This document shows, piece after piece, positions 1 to 10,955 of a stretch of 64,000 nt of DNA (its first letter is position 1; every line of letters starts with the position of its first letter). This DNA is from Obrimoposthia wandeli (lineage: Eukaryota). A program made the translations under genes and the position numbers. Under the pieces are notes generated by a model. That model had not been told where the DNA came from and made no database searches. It saw only the letters and a list, made by a program, of their open reading frames with translations. The DNA lies in assembly GCA_977020255.1 (NCBI GenBank), contig CDROCS010002070.1, forward strand, positions 1 through 64,000, in the 5' to 3' direction.

Positions 1-1
1 G

Positions 2-499
2 TTAGGTATTAATACCGTGTTTGATATCGATGCATGTGATGTTACACCCCCCGTTATTATTGGTAGTGGTTGTGATATTAGACCTGGCTGCACCATCGTT
101 GGTCCTGCAGTGATAGGGGCCAATTGTACCATCGAGACAGAGGCAGTGGTTAAACATAGTTTATTACGTGATTACATTCATATCGCGAGTGCCGCATACA
201 TAGAGAATAAAACCGTGTTTGGTGATTACTTTATTAGCCATGATGGATTCTCGCAATCGTTACTCGAAATGGGGGCGATTAACATCGTTAAAGATCGCCG
301 TGTAACGCAACACCCGATCCCTATTCGTAGTGACGTTGCCTTGTATATACCTCAGATCCGTGAGCAAATTAAGCAAGAAGCGCAGGAAAAGAATGAATCG
401 AATAATGCGCATGCCAATAGCGATGACTTAAACAGTAATAGCCAAAGTAAGGATAAATATAAGGAACTTATTGATGACGAACACTCAGCAGCTTTTTAA
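2..499 (+). CDS. C-terminal part of NDP-sugar pyrophosphorylase/nucleotidyltransferase-like protein with left-handed beta-helix repeats (5' end outside window)
   Basis: Frame open from base 2; hexapeptide-like repeats VIIGSG-CDIRPG-CTIVGP-AVIGAN-CTIETE; heads a glycan operon. Confidence 0.6.
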   Translation, partial: LGINTVFDIDACDVTPPVIIGSGCDIRPGCTIVGPAVIGANCTIETEAVVKHSLLRDYIHIASAAYIENKTVFGDYFISHDGFSQSLLEMGAINIVKDRRVTQHPIPIRSDVALYIPQIREQIKQEAQEKNESNNAHANSDDLNSNSQSKDKYKELIDDEHSAAF

Positions 500-930
500 G
501 CAAAACTATCAAAGCTCGGATGATGTCGCGAGAGTGATAGCGGAAGATATAAATGCTTTTGCTCTCGAAAATGACATCGAAGAAACTATCATGGGGCAGG
601 TTGAATTATGTATTGCAGAGTTAGTTAATAATGCTTACGAACATGCATATGAACTAACTGATGGTTGCCCAATTGAAGTTATCTGTTACTTAAAAGAGGA
701 TGCTGAATTAGTGATTGAGATTTCTGATTTTGGTCAACGCAGGATCGCAGTGCATTGCCAGCAGTGAATCCGAGTTTGCTAGGTCTGATCCGGATGGATG
801 GAGTCAACCCGGACCTACGATTCCAAGTGTGATTCTATTTATTATTGTTCAGCTAACCGATAGCCTTATTTATACTTGTGAAGATAATAAAAATACTTTT
901 GAATTTCACAAGAAATTGTGGACGCAGTAA
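471..930 (+). pseudogene. RsbW-like anti-sigma factor/Ser kinase (HATPase_c), frameshifted (probably sequence error)
   Basis: N-box ELCIAELVNNAYEHAY and G1-like IEISDFG in 471..767; C-terminal LFIIVQLTDSLIY..NTFEFHK in another frame (715..930). Confidence 0.7.
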
Positions 931-940
931 GAGGAACATC

Positions 941-3278
941 GTGAGCATAAAACTGCATTTTTTGTTTTTATTATTTAAACTATCTGAGCTTAGTTTACTT
1001 GGGTATGGCTGATTCTAAAATTATAGTAATGATGGTATCCTGAATGAGTTTAACTCACTTAACGGATTAAGTGAGTTCGAAATCAATCCTCGGATCGCCA
1101 TCAAATCCTCAACAACTCCTAATTCCTGATAATTGATGCGAACTCTAAATTGAATTCATCAACTCTGAAAAATTGACGCAAGCTCTGACAATAATCAATC
1201 TCGGTGGAAGCTTTCGGCGTGGCTCGCTGCCATTTCAGTACCAAATAATTGGTACAATGAAGGCGTCGACTATGCCGGTAAAGCTATTTATCGCCGCCAA
1301 TTCACACTGCCTAATGTGGCTCTATCGTCATCATTAACATCAGATCTAGTTAAACGTTATTGGCTGGATTTTACCGCGGTCGATTACGCGGCGACAGTGC
1401 GTTTAAATAATATCGATGTGGGTTCTCATCAAGGTTACTTTGCGCCATTTTCGTTAAACGTATCGAATGCGATTAATGGCGGAGATAATCAACTAGAAGT
1501 ATTAGTGGATAGCCCGAATGAAACACTAACCGAAGATTGGTCTTTAAATAAAACCTTAATTAAAGGCGTGCTTAATCATCATGACACTCGCCCGGGTGGC
1601 GCATGGTCTGACCGCGGTCAAGATCGTAATTCTGGTGGTATCTGGGGCGATGTTGCATTACGTACAACTGGCTTAATCGCGATTGATAATATTAAGGTAA
1701 AGGCGGAAGTGCTTGATGTGGATCTCCAGAAAACAGCGGGGCAGGTCGCTATTACGTTAGATAGCCTGTATGCGGGTGATGTGAGATTAGAATTTAAGTT
1801 AATTCGAATTCAGAGTAATAGCAGTGATTACCTTGATCACAATGATAAAAAGCAGGTGCTTGGTGATGAGCTTGAAACCTATAAATTGAGCACACAAGTA
1901 GTGACTGGCAAACAGGTTATTGATTGGCAGTTACCACAAGCGGGCGTTGCGGCCGTGGATTGGGGTAATCCGAATTTATACCAGCTTTCAGTACAAGTAA
2001 GCATGAATAAGGAAACATCCGATGGAAGTAAGCAAAATATCGGTTTTAGAAAAGTAGCTTTTGATGAAGGCCAAGGGGTTTTCTATATCAATGATCGTGC
2101 TTATTTTATTCGTGGTACTAATTATATTAGTCAATGGTTGGGCGGGGTAAGTGAACCTCCGATTATGCCAATGATATAAAGCCACGCGCAAGGCTAACAT
2201 CAACAGTATTCGCGTACATGCGCATGTAGCTGGAAAAGCATTTTATCAGCAAGCGGATAAACTTGGCATGATCGTGGCAAGATTTCCACTGCAATGGGGC
2301 TATATGATAGCGCTGAGCGAGCTGAAGCGGCATCACAAGTTAAAGATATGACAGACATGTTATATAACCATGCCTCTATTATGTTTTTTGGTGCAGTCAA
2401 ATGAACCGCCTTGGGATGCAACTTGATGCAATACAAATACCCGAGTTATAAACAGATAAAAATGTCGCGTTAACAGAGGCTGCCCACCAGCAGTTGCTTA
2501 CTGTGGGGCACGATGACAGGATCAGTGAAAGGCATCTTATACCGCTGAACACCCTTGGCTCGGCTGGTACTCTGGGCATTATAGTGATTATAGCCAGAAA
2601 CCGAAAACGGCGATTGTCAGTGAATTTGGTGCGCAAGCAATGCCAAGTTATAGCGCTGTGATCGAGATTTTGGGTGAAGTACCGACATGGCCGCTTTCAG
2701 CTAAGGTTATTGAGCAACTCAACTACCACAATTACCAACCTCGTGAAACCCTACAAATAGCCAAAATTGATGAAGGTGAATCTCTGTCACAATTCGTGAG
2801 TAATAGTCAGGAATATCAACGATTAATAACCAAGTCGGCAATCGAACAACTAAGATTAAATAAAGGGTCAGGATTGGCTGCAATTTATCAATTTATGTTT
2901 AACGATAGTTGGAATGCAATCACTTGGTCGGTACTTGATGTAGACCGTATTGCAAAACCTGGTTTTGTCGCTATGCAAACTGCTTATCAGCCGCTATTGG
3001 CAGTGTTAGAACGTGAAAATAGCAGCGCGAGTAAGTCGATAACTATCACTGTTATCAATGATAGTTTACGTGCTTATCAAGATGTAAAAATGCTGATTAG
3101 AGATAATGAAGATGGTGATACTTGGAGCATGCAGAGCATCGATATCGACGCAAATACCGCAAGTATTATTTTAAATAAACAGTTATTAGCAGGTTTATCT
3201 GATGCAGTGACGATAATTTTATATGACCAGCAAGATAATGAAGTAAGTAGAAATGACTATTTACCCCAAGACCGTTAG
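941..3278 (+). pseudogene. Glycoside hydrolase family 2 (beta-mannosidase/glucuronidase-like), multiply frameshifted
   Basis: GTG at 941 after GAGGA; fragments VPNNWYNEGVDYAGKAIYRRQF (from 1238), FYINDRAYFIRGTNY, DFPLQWGY (~2280), NHASIM/WCSQNEPPW (~2365-2415), IVSEFGAQ (~2613-2636) in different frames. Confidence 0.8.
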
Positions 3279-3287
3279 GAGATAGCT

Positions 3288-4951
3288 ATGGCAAGGATTG
3301 TCGTTGTTACATTATTAAGTTTAGCTTTTTCTAGTACCGCTATGAGCGAGCAGGACAGTAATCAACTCGTTGTTAATCAACTTGGCTATCTACCTAGCGG
3401 CGATAAAAAAGCCTATTGGTTAAACCCTTCTGAAGAATTAGTCAATTTAGTCACCATGGATACGGGAGGTGCAGAACGACTTGCAGGCAATGATACAAAA
3501 GAAAGTGAGGCAGGTGTTTTCAGTGTGACGATTGAATCTGGCTCTAAAGAAATTAATTTTTCTAATGTTAGCCAGCCTGGTTGGTATCAACTACAAAGTA
3601 AGTCGACGACCTCTGCACCGTTTCAAATCGCCGATAATGTTTATCAGGGACTGGCAGCTCGCCTTGTTAAAGCATTGTATTTACAACGTTCAGGCAGCGC
3701 AATTTTCGATCAAACAACAGGTATGAATCGACCACAAAGCCATGTTCAAGATGCAATTATTTTCCGCAGTGATGATTACCATCAAGCGGGAGAGCAATTA
3801 GATATGACGGTGGTTGGTGGCGACGCGGGGGATTACGGTAAATATGTTGCGACGACCACGATCACGGTTGCGCGTTTACTGGAAGCTTATAGTCAATCGC
3901 CAGCGTTATTTATGACGGGCAATCATGCCGACAGTACATTACCAGCCATATTGGAAGAAGCGATGGTGCGTTTGACTGGTTAGGTAAAATGCAGCGAGAA
4001 GATGGCTGTTTATCGCAAAGTATCAGGGCTAAATGGCCGGATGTCCCTTGGCAAGATCAGCAGGTTCGTTATATCTACGGTATTAGGCACGCCTGAAACG
4101 GCCAAATTTGCAGCAACGATGGCATTCGCCTCTCGTGGAAACCTGTGCGCCCAAATTTACGCGTGATTATTAAAGTCTATGATTCATGCTTGGCGCTATT
4201 TAGAGCAAACAGCCAGAACAATATATAGATTGGCAAAAAGGTGACGATAGTGGTTCAGGTCCTATATGTGCAAAATCCAGAAGACAGAAGCATCATTAGA
4301 AACGGATGTGATGACCGTTTATGGGCACTGGCAGAGTTATATTTAAGTACAAAACAAGCGCAAGTATTTAACTGAGTTTGATGATTTATACGATAAAGAC
4401 GGTGGCTATTTTTGAATGGAAAACCCGGCGTTAATGATCTCCATCTTATCGAATCTGTTGATAGCGAACTGACCGCGCAATTACGTAAAGATGTTGGGCA
4501 GGCTGCCAAACGTTATTCAGTATAAGCATTAGCTTTTGCCATTGCTAACCAACGTTTTATTTGGGGGTCAAATAAAATGACCGCTGAGGCTGGCGTGTTA
4601 ATGGCTGGTGCGGATGCCTCGTCACAGACACGTAATTACCGTGGTGTAGTGCAGTCACAGATTGATTATTTATTAGGTGCTAACGCATTTAACATGAGTT
4701 TTGTTACTCATACTGGCACTTATTCGGTGCGTAATCTGCATCATTTGTACCGGATAGCGACAGGTATTAGTCTCCCTGGTTTCTTAGTTGGTGGGCCGAA
4801 CGAAAAAGCACAAGCAGGGATTGCCCCGAAAGATGAAGGGATGATGAGTTATGTGGACAGTGAAAAATCATATGCAGTGAATGAATTTGCTATTGATTAT
4901 AACGCCAGCCTCATTGGTTTACTGGCTGTACACAATAGTTATTTTAATTAA
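3288..4951 (+). pseudogene. Exported glycoside hydrolase family 9 with N-terminal Ig-like domain, frameshifted
   Basis: AGGAG RBS, signal peptide, VVNQLGYLP, DAGDYGKY, and C-terminal GH9 motif YVDSEKSYAVNEFAIDYNASL; the middle is split over frames. Confidence 0.85.
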
Positions 4952-4972
4952 AGTTACTTGGAGCGAAAGAAG

Positions 4973-6823
4973 ATGGATTTTTATTTCAAAGAGTTCGAGC
5001 ATCGTAAGCCGCCAAAACCATCCGAGTATAGTTTTAGCCGAGAACTCGCTTATCAATATTTAGCGACTTGTAATCTGACCCTAGGTGTATGGTATTTGTG
5101 GTGGCGCTGGAGCTTTGCGTTAAATTATGATGCGTTGTGGTTTTCCCTGCCATTAGCTTTCGCTGAGTCTTGTGCATTTATTGGTTCGGTATTATTTACC
5201 TTTAACTTGTGGAAAACCCAAGACGAACCGAAACAATCACCGCCATTTAAACTCGCTGAATGTGTCACGGATACAGAAGAAGACCGACCTATTAGTGTTG
5301 ATGTTTTCTTTCCGACTTATGATGAAGATCCTGAACTGGTGCGCTTGAGTATTCGCGATGCGTTAAAGATTACTTATCCCTTTGAGATTGAAACTAAGAT
5401 ATACATTCTCGATGACGGTCGTCGTCCTGCTATGGCGGCGTTAGCTGCGGAATATAATGTTGAATATATTACCCGTGATAATAATGAAGGTTTTAAAGCC
5501 GGTAACCTTAAAAATGCATTAGAGCAAAGTTATGGCGATTTTATTGTTATTTGTGACGCTGATACTCGCCCATTCTCGACAATACTAGAACACACGCTTG
5601 GTTACTTCCGTGATCCTGATGTGGCCTGGGTACAAACACCACAATGGTTCTTTGACTTGCCTGAAGGACAGCGCTTACCTGATTGGTTACAAGGTAAAAT
5701 GGGCCGCGTAGGCCATGGGTTAGGTCGCTTAGTTGAAAAGTGCTATGGCCCTGTCACATTAGGCGAAGACCCGTTTGTTAACGACCCACAAATGTTTTAT
5801 GACGTGATCCAACGCCGCCGTAACTGGGTGAATGCCTCTTTCTGTTGTGGCGCCGGTTCTATCCACCGTCGTGAAGCCGTGATGGAAGCTGCACTACGAA
5901 GCTATAGCGCGCAGATCAGTCAGTCACAAGCAGATATTGAAAAGCAGATCCGTAAATTAACCAAAGAGAAAGAAGTCGATAAAGATATTTCGGCCAACTT
6001 ACGTCAAGAGATCTTGTTTGATACCGATTTTACCCCGTATAAGTTTCATGTATCAGAAGATATCTATACCTCGATTGTTTTACATTCCGATACCGAGCGT
6101 AATTGGCGTTCAGTACAGCATCCTGAAGTCGAAAGTAAAATGCTATCGCCACAAGATCTACAAACGTGGACAGTGCAGCGTTTCAAATATGCTGGTGGTT
6201 CGATTGATATCTTTATGAATGATAATCCGTTATTGAAAAAAGGCATGTCGTTCAAGCAGAAAACGATGTATTTAGCCAGTTTCTGGTCAAACTTGTCGGC
6301 CGTGTGGAACATTATTTTCCTACTTTGTCCTATCGTTTATTTCCTTACCAGCCTTGCACCAGTAAGTGCTTATGATACGACCTTCTATATGCACTTTTTA
6401 CCGTTTGTGATTACCGCTGAACTTGCGATGATGTTGGGTACTTGGGGAGTTGCAGGCTATAAAGGTAAAACCAATTTCTTGTCTTTCTTTCCGGTCAATC
6501 TACGGGCTTTATGGACAGTACTAAGAGGCCGTAAGATCAGCTTTCCAACGACACCGAAAGAACGTCAAACAGGCACTTTTTGGAAGTTAGTCGCGCCGCA
6601 AATCGGGGTGTTCGTATTAAGTTTATTCAGTATGTGTTTTGCCTGGATTAGCTATGTAACAGGCAGTTTTGGTAATTACTCGTTTGGCGGGTTAGTACTG
6701 AATAGTTTTTGGATCGTGAATAATATGATGGCAATGTGGGGCATGATTGCTGCCGCGTTTTGGACTCCACCAACAGAAAAAAAACAAGAACAAGAATCAG
6801 AGGGATTTGAATATGGCGTTTAA
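4973..6823 (+). CDS. BcsA-like processive GT2 glucan synthase, no C-terminal PilZ
   Basis: LDDG, FKAGN, CDAD, VQTPQ, FCCGAG, SED and QRFKY (QxxRW variant); N- and C-terminal TM helices; GGAG 9 nt before ATG 4973. Confidence 0.9.
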   Translation: MDFYFKEFEHRKPPKPSEYSFSRELAYQYLATCNLTLGVWYLWWRWSFALNYDALWFSLPLAFAESCAFIGSVLFTFNLWKTQDEPKQSPPFKLAECVTDTEEDRPISVDVFFPTYDEDPELVRLSIRDALKITYPFEIETKIYILDDGRRPAMAALAAEYNVEYITRDNNEGFKAGNLKNALEQSYGDFIVICDADTRPFSTILEHTLGYFRDPDVAWVQTPQWFFDLPEGQRLPDWLQGKMGRVGHGLGRLVEKCYGPVTLGEDPFVNDPQMFYDVIQRRRNWVNASFCCGAGSIHRREAVMEAALRSYSAQISQSQADIEKQIRKLTKEKEVDKDISANLRQEILFDTDFTPYKFHVSEDIYTSIVLHSDTERNWRSVQHPEVESKMLSPQDLQTWTVQRFKYAGGSIDIFMNDNPLLKKGMSFKQKTMYLASFWSNLSAVWNIIFLLCPIVYFLTSLAPVSAYDTTFYMHFLPFVITAELAMMLGTWGVAGYKGKTNFLSFFPVNLRALWTVLRGRKISFPTTPKERQTGTFWKLVAPQIGVFVLSLFSMCFAWISYVTGSFGNYSFGGLVLNSFWIVNNMMAMWGMIAAAFWTPPTEKKQEQESEGFEYGV

Positions 6824-8129
6824 ACAAAACTTAATTAAAGCGCGTCACCATTTTGTATTTATTGGTGGTCTAGTGACTGCGTTAGTCATTGCTTTTACAA
6901 TTGAAACTCGTGAGTACACGCAAGTATTAGGCAATCTATCTTTTACGACGAAAGAGCCTATTCCACTGCGTGAAAGCCGTATTTTAACCGCAGAAGAGTA
7001 TGAGTGGGCAAAGACTGCTTGGCGTTATTTTGATAATAATGTGCAGCCGAATACCGGACTGGTAAATTCTGTTGATGGTTATCCTTCGACCACTATGTGG
7101 GATACCGCATCTTATCTCATGGGGCTTATTGGCGCTGAAAAATTAAATATTGTTAGCCAAGCGGAATTTGATTTGAAAATGGAAAAAGTGCTGCACACAT
7201 TGGCTCGATTACCCTTGATCGAAGGCAAGCTACCAAATAAAGCTTATAACACAAAAACCCTTGAAATGGTGGATTATGCCAATAACCCAGTGCCTGATGG
7301 TATAGGCTGGTCTGCGATTGATATTGGCCGTATTTTGGTGCCATTAAATATTCTTATTTGGCAATACCCTGACTATAACAAACAGGTAAATGATGTACTG
7401 AATCACTGGCATGTTGGCAGCTTGATCGACAAAGGTTATTTGTATGGTTCTCGCCCAGCTAAAACAGGTGGTTTAGAGCTGGTGCAAGAAGGGCGAATTG
7501 GCTATGAAGAGTATGCTTCGAAAGCGCTATCGTTAATGGGTCTAGATGTATTTAATGCGATGAAATATATTGATTATTTAGAACTGATTAATATTGATGG
7601 TGTTGATATTCCAACTGATAGACGTGATCCGGCGAAGTACCATGCACATAACTATGTGGTCAGCGAATCATATATTTTAGATAGCTTAGAATTTGGTGCT
7701 GACAGTATTTCAGAAATCTTTGCCTATCGTGTTTATAAAGCACAAGAAAATCGTTACGAGCGCTCTGGTATTTTAACCGCGGTGAGTGAAGATAATGTAG
7801 ATGTCGCGCCTTATTTTGTCTATAACACAGTGTTTTCTGACGGTAAAGCATGGAATGCAATTTCAGATTCAGGGGAAGATGCGTCACATTTAAAAACATT
7901 ATCGACCAAAGCATCATTCGGTTGGTACGCCTTGTACGATACTGAGTATACAAGCCTGTTAATGGGTGATGTTAAAAGCTTGTATTCAGCACAAAAAGGT
8001 TGGTACTCAGGTCGTTACGAAAGTGATGGCCGTCTTAATAAAGCAATCACAGCAAATACCAATGGCATTATTTTAGAGTCTCTAGCTTACGTTCAAAATG
8101 GTACATTATTACGTGTTGGTGCGAGATAG
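6813..8129 (+). CDS. DUF3131-type putative glycoside hydrolase, N-terminal membrane anchor
   Basis: AKTAWRYF..N..TGLVNSV..YPSTTMWD, WSAIDIGR, QEGRIGYEEY, GWYSGRYE, NTNGIILE; ATG overlaps GT2 stop. Confidence 0.75.
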   Translation: MAFKQNLIKARHHFVFIGGLVTALVIAFTIETREYTQVLGNLSFTTKEPIPLRESRILTAEEYEWAKTAWRYFDNNVQPNTGLVNSVDGYPSTTMWDTASYLMGLIGAEKLNIVSQAEFDLKMEKVLHTLARLPLIEGKLPNKAYNTKTLEMVDYANNPVPDGIGWSAIDIGRILVPLNILIWQYPDYNKQVNDVLNHWHVGSLIDKGYLYGSRPAKTGGLELVQEGRIGYEEYASKALSLMGLDVFNAMKYIDYLELINIDGVDIPTDRRDPAKYHAHNYVVSESYILDSLEFGADSISEIFAYRVYKAQENRYERSGILTAVSEDNVDVAPYFVYNTVFSDGKAWNAISDSGEDASHLKTLSTKASFGWYALYDTEYTSLLMGDVKSLYSAQKGWYSGRYESDGRLNKAITANTNGIILESLAYVQNGTLLRVGAR

Positions 8130-8153
8130 TTTGCATATCACAGGGAGTTTTAT

Positions 8154-9540
8154 ATGCGGATAGCGATGGTTTGCCTGGCAGGGTTACTGGTCTCTGGTTG
8201 TGGCAGTAAATATAATAGTTTTTCAGAAGACATCGTTGATAGAAAAAATCATTGGTCAATTCCACCTGCAAGACAAGGCGATTTGACCGAAAAAGAAATG
8301 GACATGGCGCGTATCGCATGGCGATATTTTGAGAATAATTACCAAGAGTCTACGGGTTTGGTGAATGCGGTAAATAATTACCCATCAGTAACATGGTGGG
8401 ATGCGGCTTCCTATTTAGCGGGTATGACGAGCGCACTCGAACTCGGTATTATCAAAAAAGAAGAATATGATCGCCGTCTGATCCGTTTTATTACTACATT
8501 AAATACAATGGATTTATTCCGTAATGAAATGCCAAACAAAGCCTACAATACGCAAAGCGCTGTGAAAGTAGATTATGCCAATCAGCCGGGTGAAATTGGT
8601 TATTCAGCATTGGATTTAGGCCGTTTGTTAATTTGGCTGCATTTAATTAAAAATCGTTATCCTGAATACGCTACGGGTATCGATTCTGCGGTATTACGTT
8701 GGAATTTTTGTAATATTGTTGATGAAGATGGCTTGATGTTTGGTGCATTATTAGAGCCAGGTAAACCTGTTCAGTATTTGCAAGAAGGCCGCTTAGGTTA
8801 TGAAGAATACGCGGCTAAAGGCTTCCAGTTATGGGGCTTTGATACGAAAACAGCGTCAATGCCTGAACCCTATAATACCATTAACTTATTTGGTTATGAC
8901 GTACCTTACGATACCGTGATCCCACGTAACAGCAGCACACAGTTGGGCCGTGGTAACTGAAAGTTATGTGCTTGATGGTATCGAATTAGGTTGGGATTTG
9001 TCGACAGACCATTCCGGACCAGATACCTCCTATTCAAATGGTTGGATGGCTGAATTTGCGCTGCAGATTTATCGTGTTCAAGAAGCCAGATATGAAGCAA
9101 CGGGTATTATTACTGCACGTACCGAACACCAGTTAGCGAGTGCGCCTTATTTTGTCTATGACACGCTTTATACAGATGGTTATGCTTGGAATACGATATC
9201 CGAAAACGGTGAATACTTACCACAATACTCAGCGGTAGCAGTGAAAGGTGCTATGGGTCTTTGGGCATTATGGGATACGGAATATACAGATCTATTGTTT
9301 GATCACACTTCTCATCTTTATGACCGTGAAAAAGGCTTTTATGAAGGTATCTTTGAGAACGGTACTGGTTTAATTAATACTTTCACATCAAATAATAACG
9401 GTATTTTACTGGAAATATTATTGTTTAAAAAACAAGGTAAATTGATGCGTTACCAAAATAAGCCATTACCAAGTTTATGGGATAAAGCATTAGAATCACC
9501 ATTTGGTTATGAGGGAAAGTGCTTACCTCGTAAAATCTAA
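8154..9540 (+). pseudogene. DUF3131-type lipoprotein paralog 2, frameshifted near 8915-8950 (probably sequence error)
   Basis: Lipobox LVSG-C; AWRYF, TWWD, QEGRLGYEEY in 8154..8960; continuation VTESY..GFYEG..NNNGILLE in 8950..9540. Confidence 0.75.
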
Positions 9541-9572
9541 CATATGGTGGCTGACTTAAGGAATGAGTGTCA

Positions 9573-10955
9573 ATGTTGAGCAAACTAATGATGGCATGCT
9601 CTGCAGTATTATTAACCTCATGCGGGGTTGTGTACCAAAGTGTGGAAGAGGGGATCACATCATTTAGTGCATCGCAAGTTATCCGTCAGGGGCGCTTCGG
9701 TGCATTAAGTGAAGACGAGATGCAGTGGGCGCAAACGGCTTGGCTCTACGTAGAGAATAATACCCAACTAAAAACCGGCTTGGTCAATTCTCTGGACAAT
9801 TATCCGAGTACCAATATGAGCGCGATTGCTGATTATTTAATTGCGTTGATGGCTGCTCAAGAGTTCGAATTGATCACCAGTAAAGAGCATGATGAACGCT
9901 TGTCACTGGTCATTAGCTTTTTAGTCGAAATGCCTTTAAGCCAATTATCAGTGCCTAATATCGCCTATTCCACAAGTACGGGACAGATGGTGGATTATGG
10001 CATGCAACCGAATGATATTGGTTGGTCATCTGTGGATGTCGGTCGATTATTAATTGCGTTAGCACTGGTTAAGCAGCGTAATCAAGAATTTTCAGAATAC
10101 GTAGATAAAGCGGTATTACGGTGGAATTTTTGTGAACTGGTAAATGAAGAAGGTTCACTGTTTGGCGGCTCTATTGTTAACGGTCAGCCACAGCGTTTTC
10201 AAGAAGGGCGTTTAGGCGTAGAAGAATATAGTTCATACGGTTATCTCGACTGGCAAATCGTGCCAGCCAAAAGTATGCGAGTAGATCCTTATGATGTCGC
10301 TACTATTAATGGTATTGATTTACTGTTTGATGGCCGCGACCCTCGTCACTACAACGTATTAAGACCGGTGATGAGCACTCCTTATTTACAGCTTGGCTTA
10401 GAGTTTAATTGGGATGGCATTACTGATACCGGTTCTTTGGATAGTTACCATTCTGATGAAGTGCTCTCGGCAATGGCTGATGCTGTTTACCGCGTGCAAG
10501 AGTCACGTTGGGATGAAGAACGTATTTACACGGCGCGTGGTGATCATGTCGTCGAAGGCGAACCTTATTTTGTCTATGACAGTATCTATGCTTTAGGTAC
10601 GCCGTGGTTAACCGTTGCTGAAGACGGCAATGTTTATGATGAACTGGCGTTAGTGTCTACCCGTGTAGCCTTTCAAATGTGGGCATTGTGGAAGACAGAT
10701 TATACCGACCGCCTGATGGTTTTAGTCAGGGAGTTATATGATCCTGCGCGGGGTTGGTATGAAGGTCGTTACGAATTAAACGCGAGTTATGAAAAGAGTA
10801 TTACGCTAAAAACCAATGCCGGTGTACTTGAGGCACTATTGTATAAAGCCAACGGTAAATTATATCAGCCAGGCAAAGCTAAAGAACACCGAGATGTACG
10901 TTTTAGCTCTCGCTTTAATCACCCTGGAAAATGTCATGTGGAGACATTTCAATGA
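9573..10955 (+). CDS. DUF3131-type lipoprotein paralog 3
   Basis: Lipobox LLTS-C; AQTAWLYV, TGLVNS, WSSVDVGR, QEGRLGVEEY, GWYEGRYE, TNAGVLE. Confidence 0.75.
   Translation: MLSKLMMACSAVLLTSCGVVYQSVEEGITSFSASQVIRQGRFGALSEDEMQWAQTAWLYVENNTQLKTGLVNSLDNYPSTNMSAIADYLIALMAAQEFELITSKEHDERLSLVISFLVEMPLSQLSVPNIAYSTSTGQMVDYGMQPNDIGWSSVDVGRLLIALALVKQRNQEFSEYVDKAVLRWNFCELVNEEGSLFGGSIVNGQPQRFQEGRLGVEEYSSYGYLDWQIVPAKSMRVDPYDVATINGIDLLFDGRDPRHYNVLRPVMSTPYLQLGLEFNWDGITDTGSLDSYHSDEVLSAMADAVYRVQESRWDEERIYTARGDHVVEGEPYFVYDSIYALGTPWLTVAEDGNVYDELALVSTRVAFQMWALWKTDYTDRLMVLVRELYDPARGWYEGRYELNASYEKSITLKTNAGVLEALLYKANGKLYQPGKAKEHRDVRFSSRFNHPGKCHVETFQ

Noticed and set aside
4973-6823. Assigning the symbol bcsA (cellulose synthase)
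   Set aside because: QxxRW is altered, there is no PilZ, and no bcsB/C/Z is visible; the product is unproven
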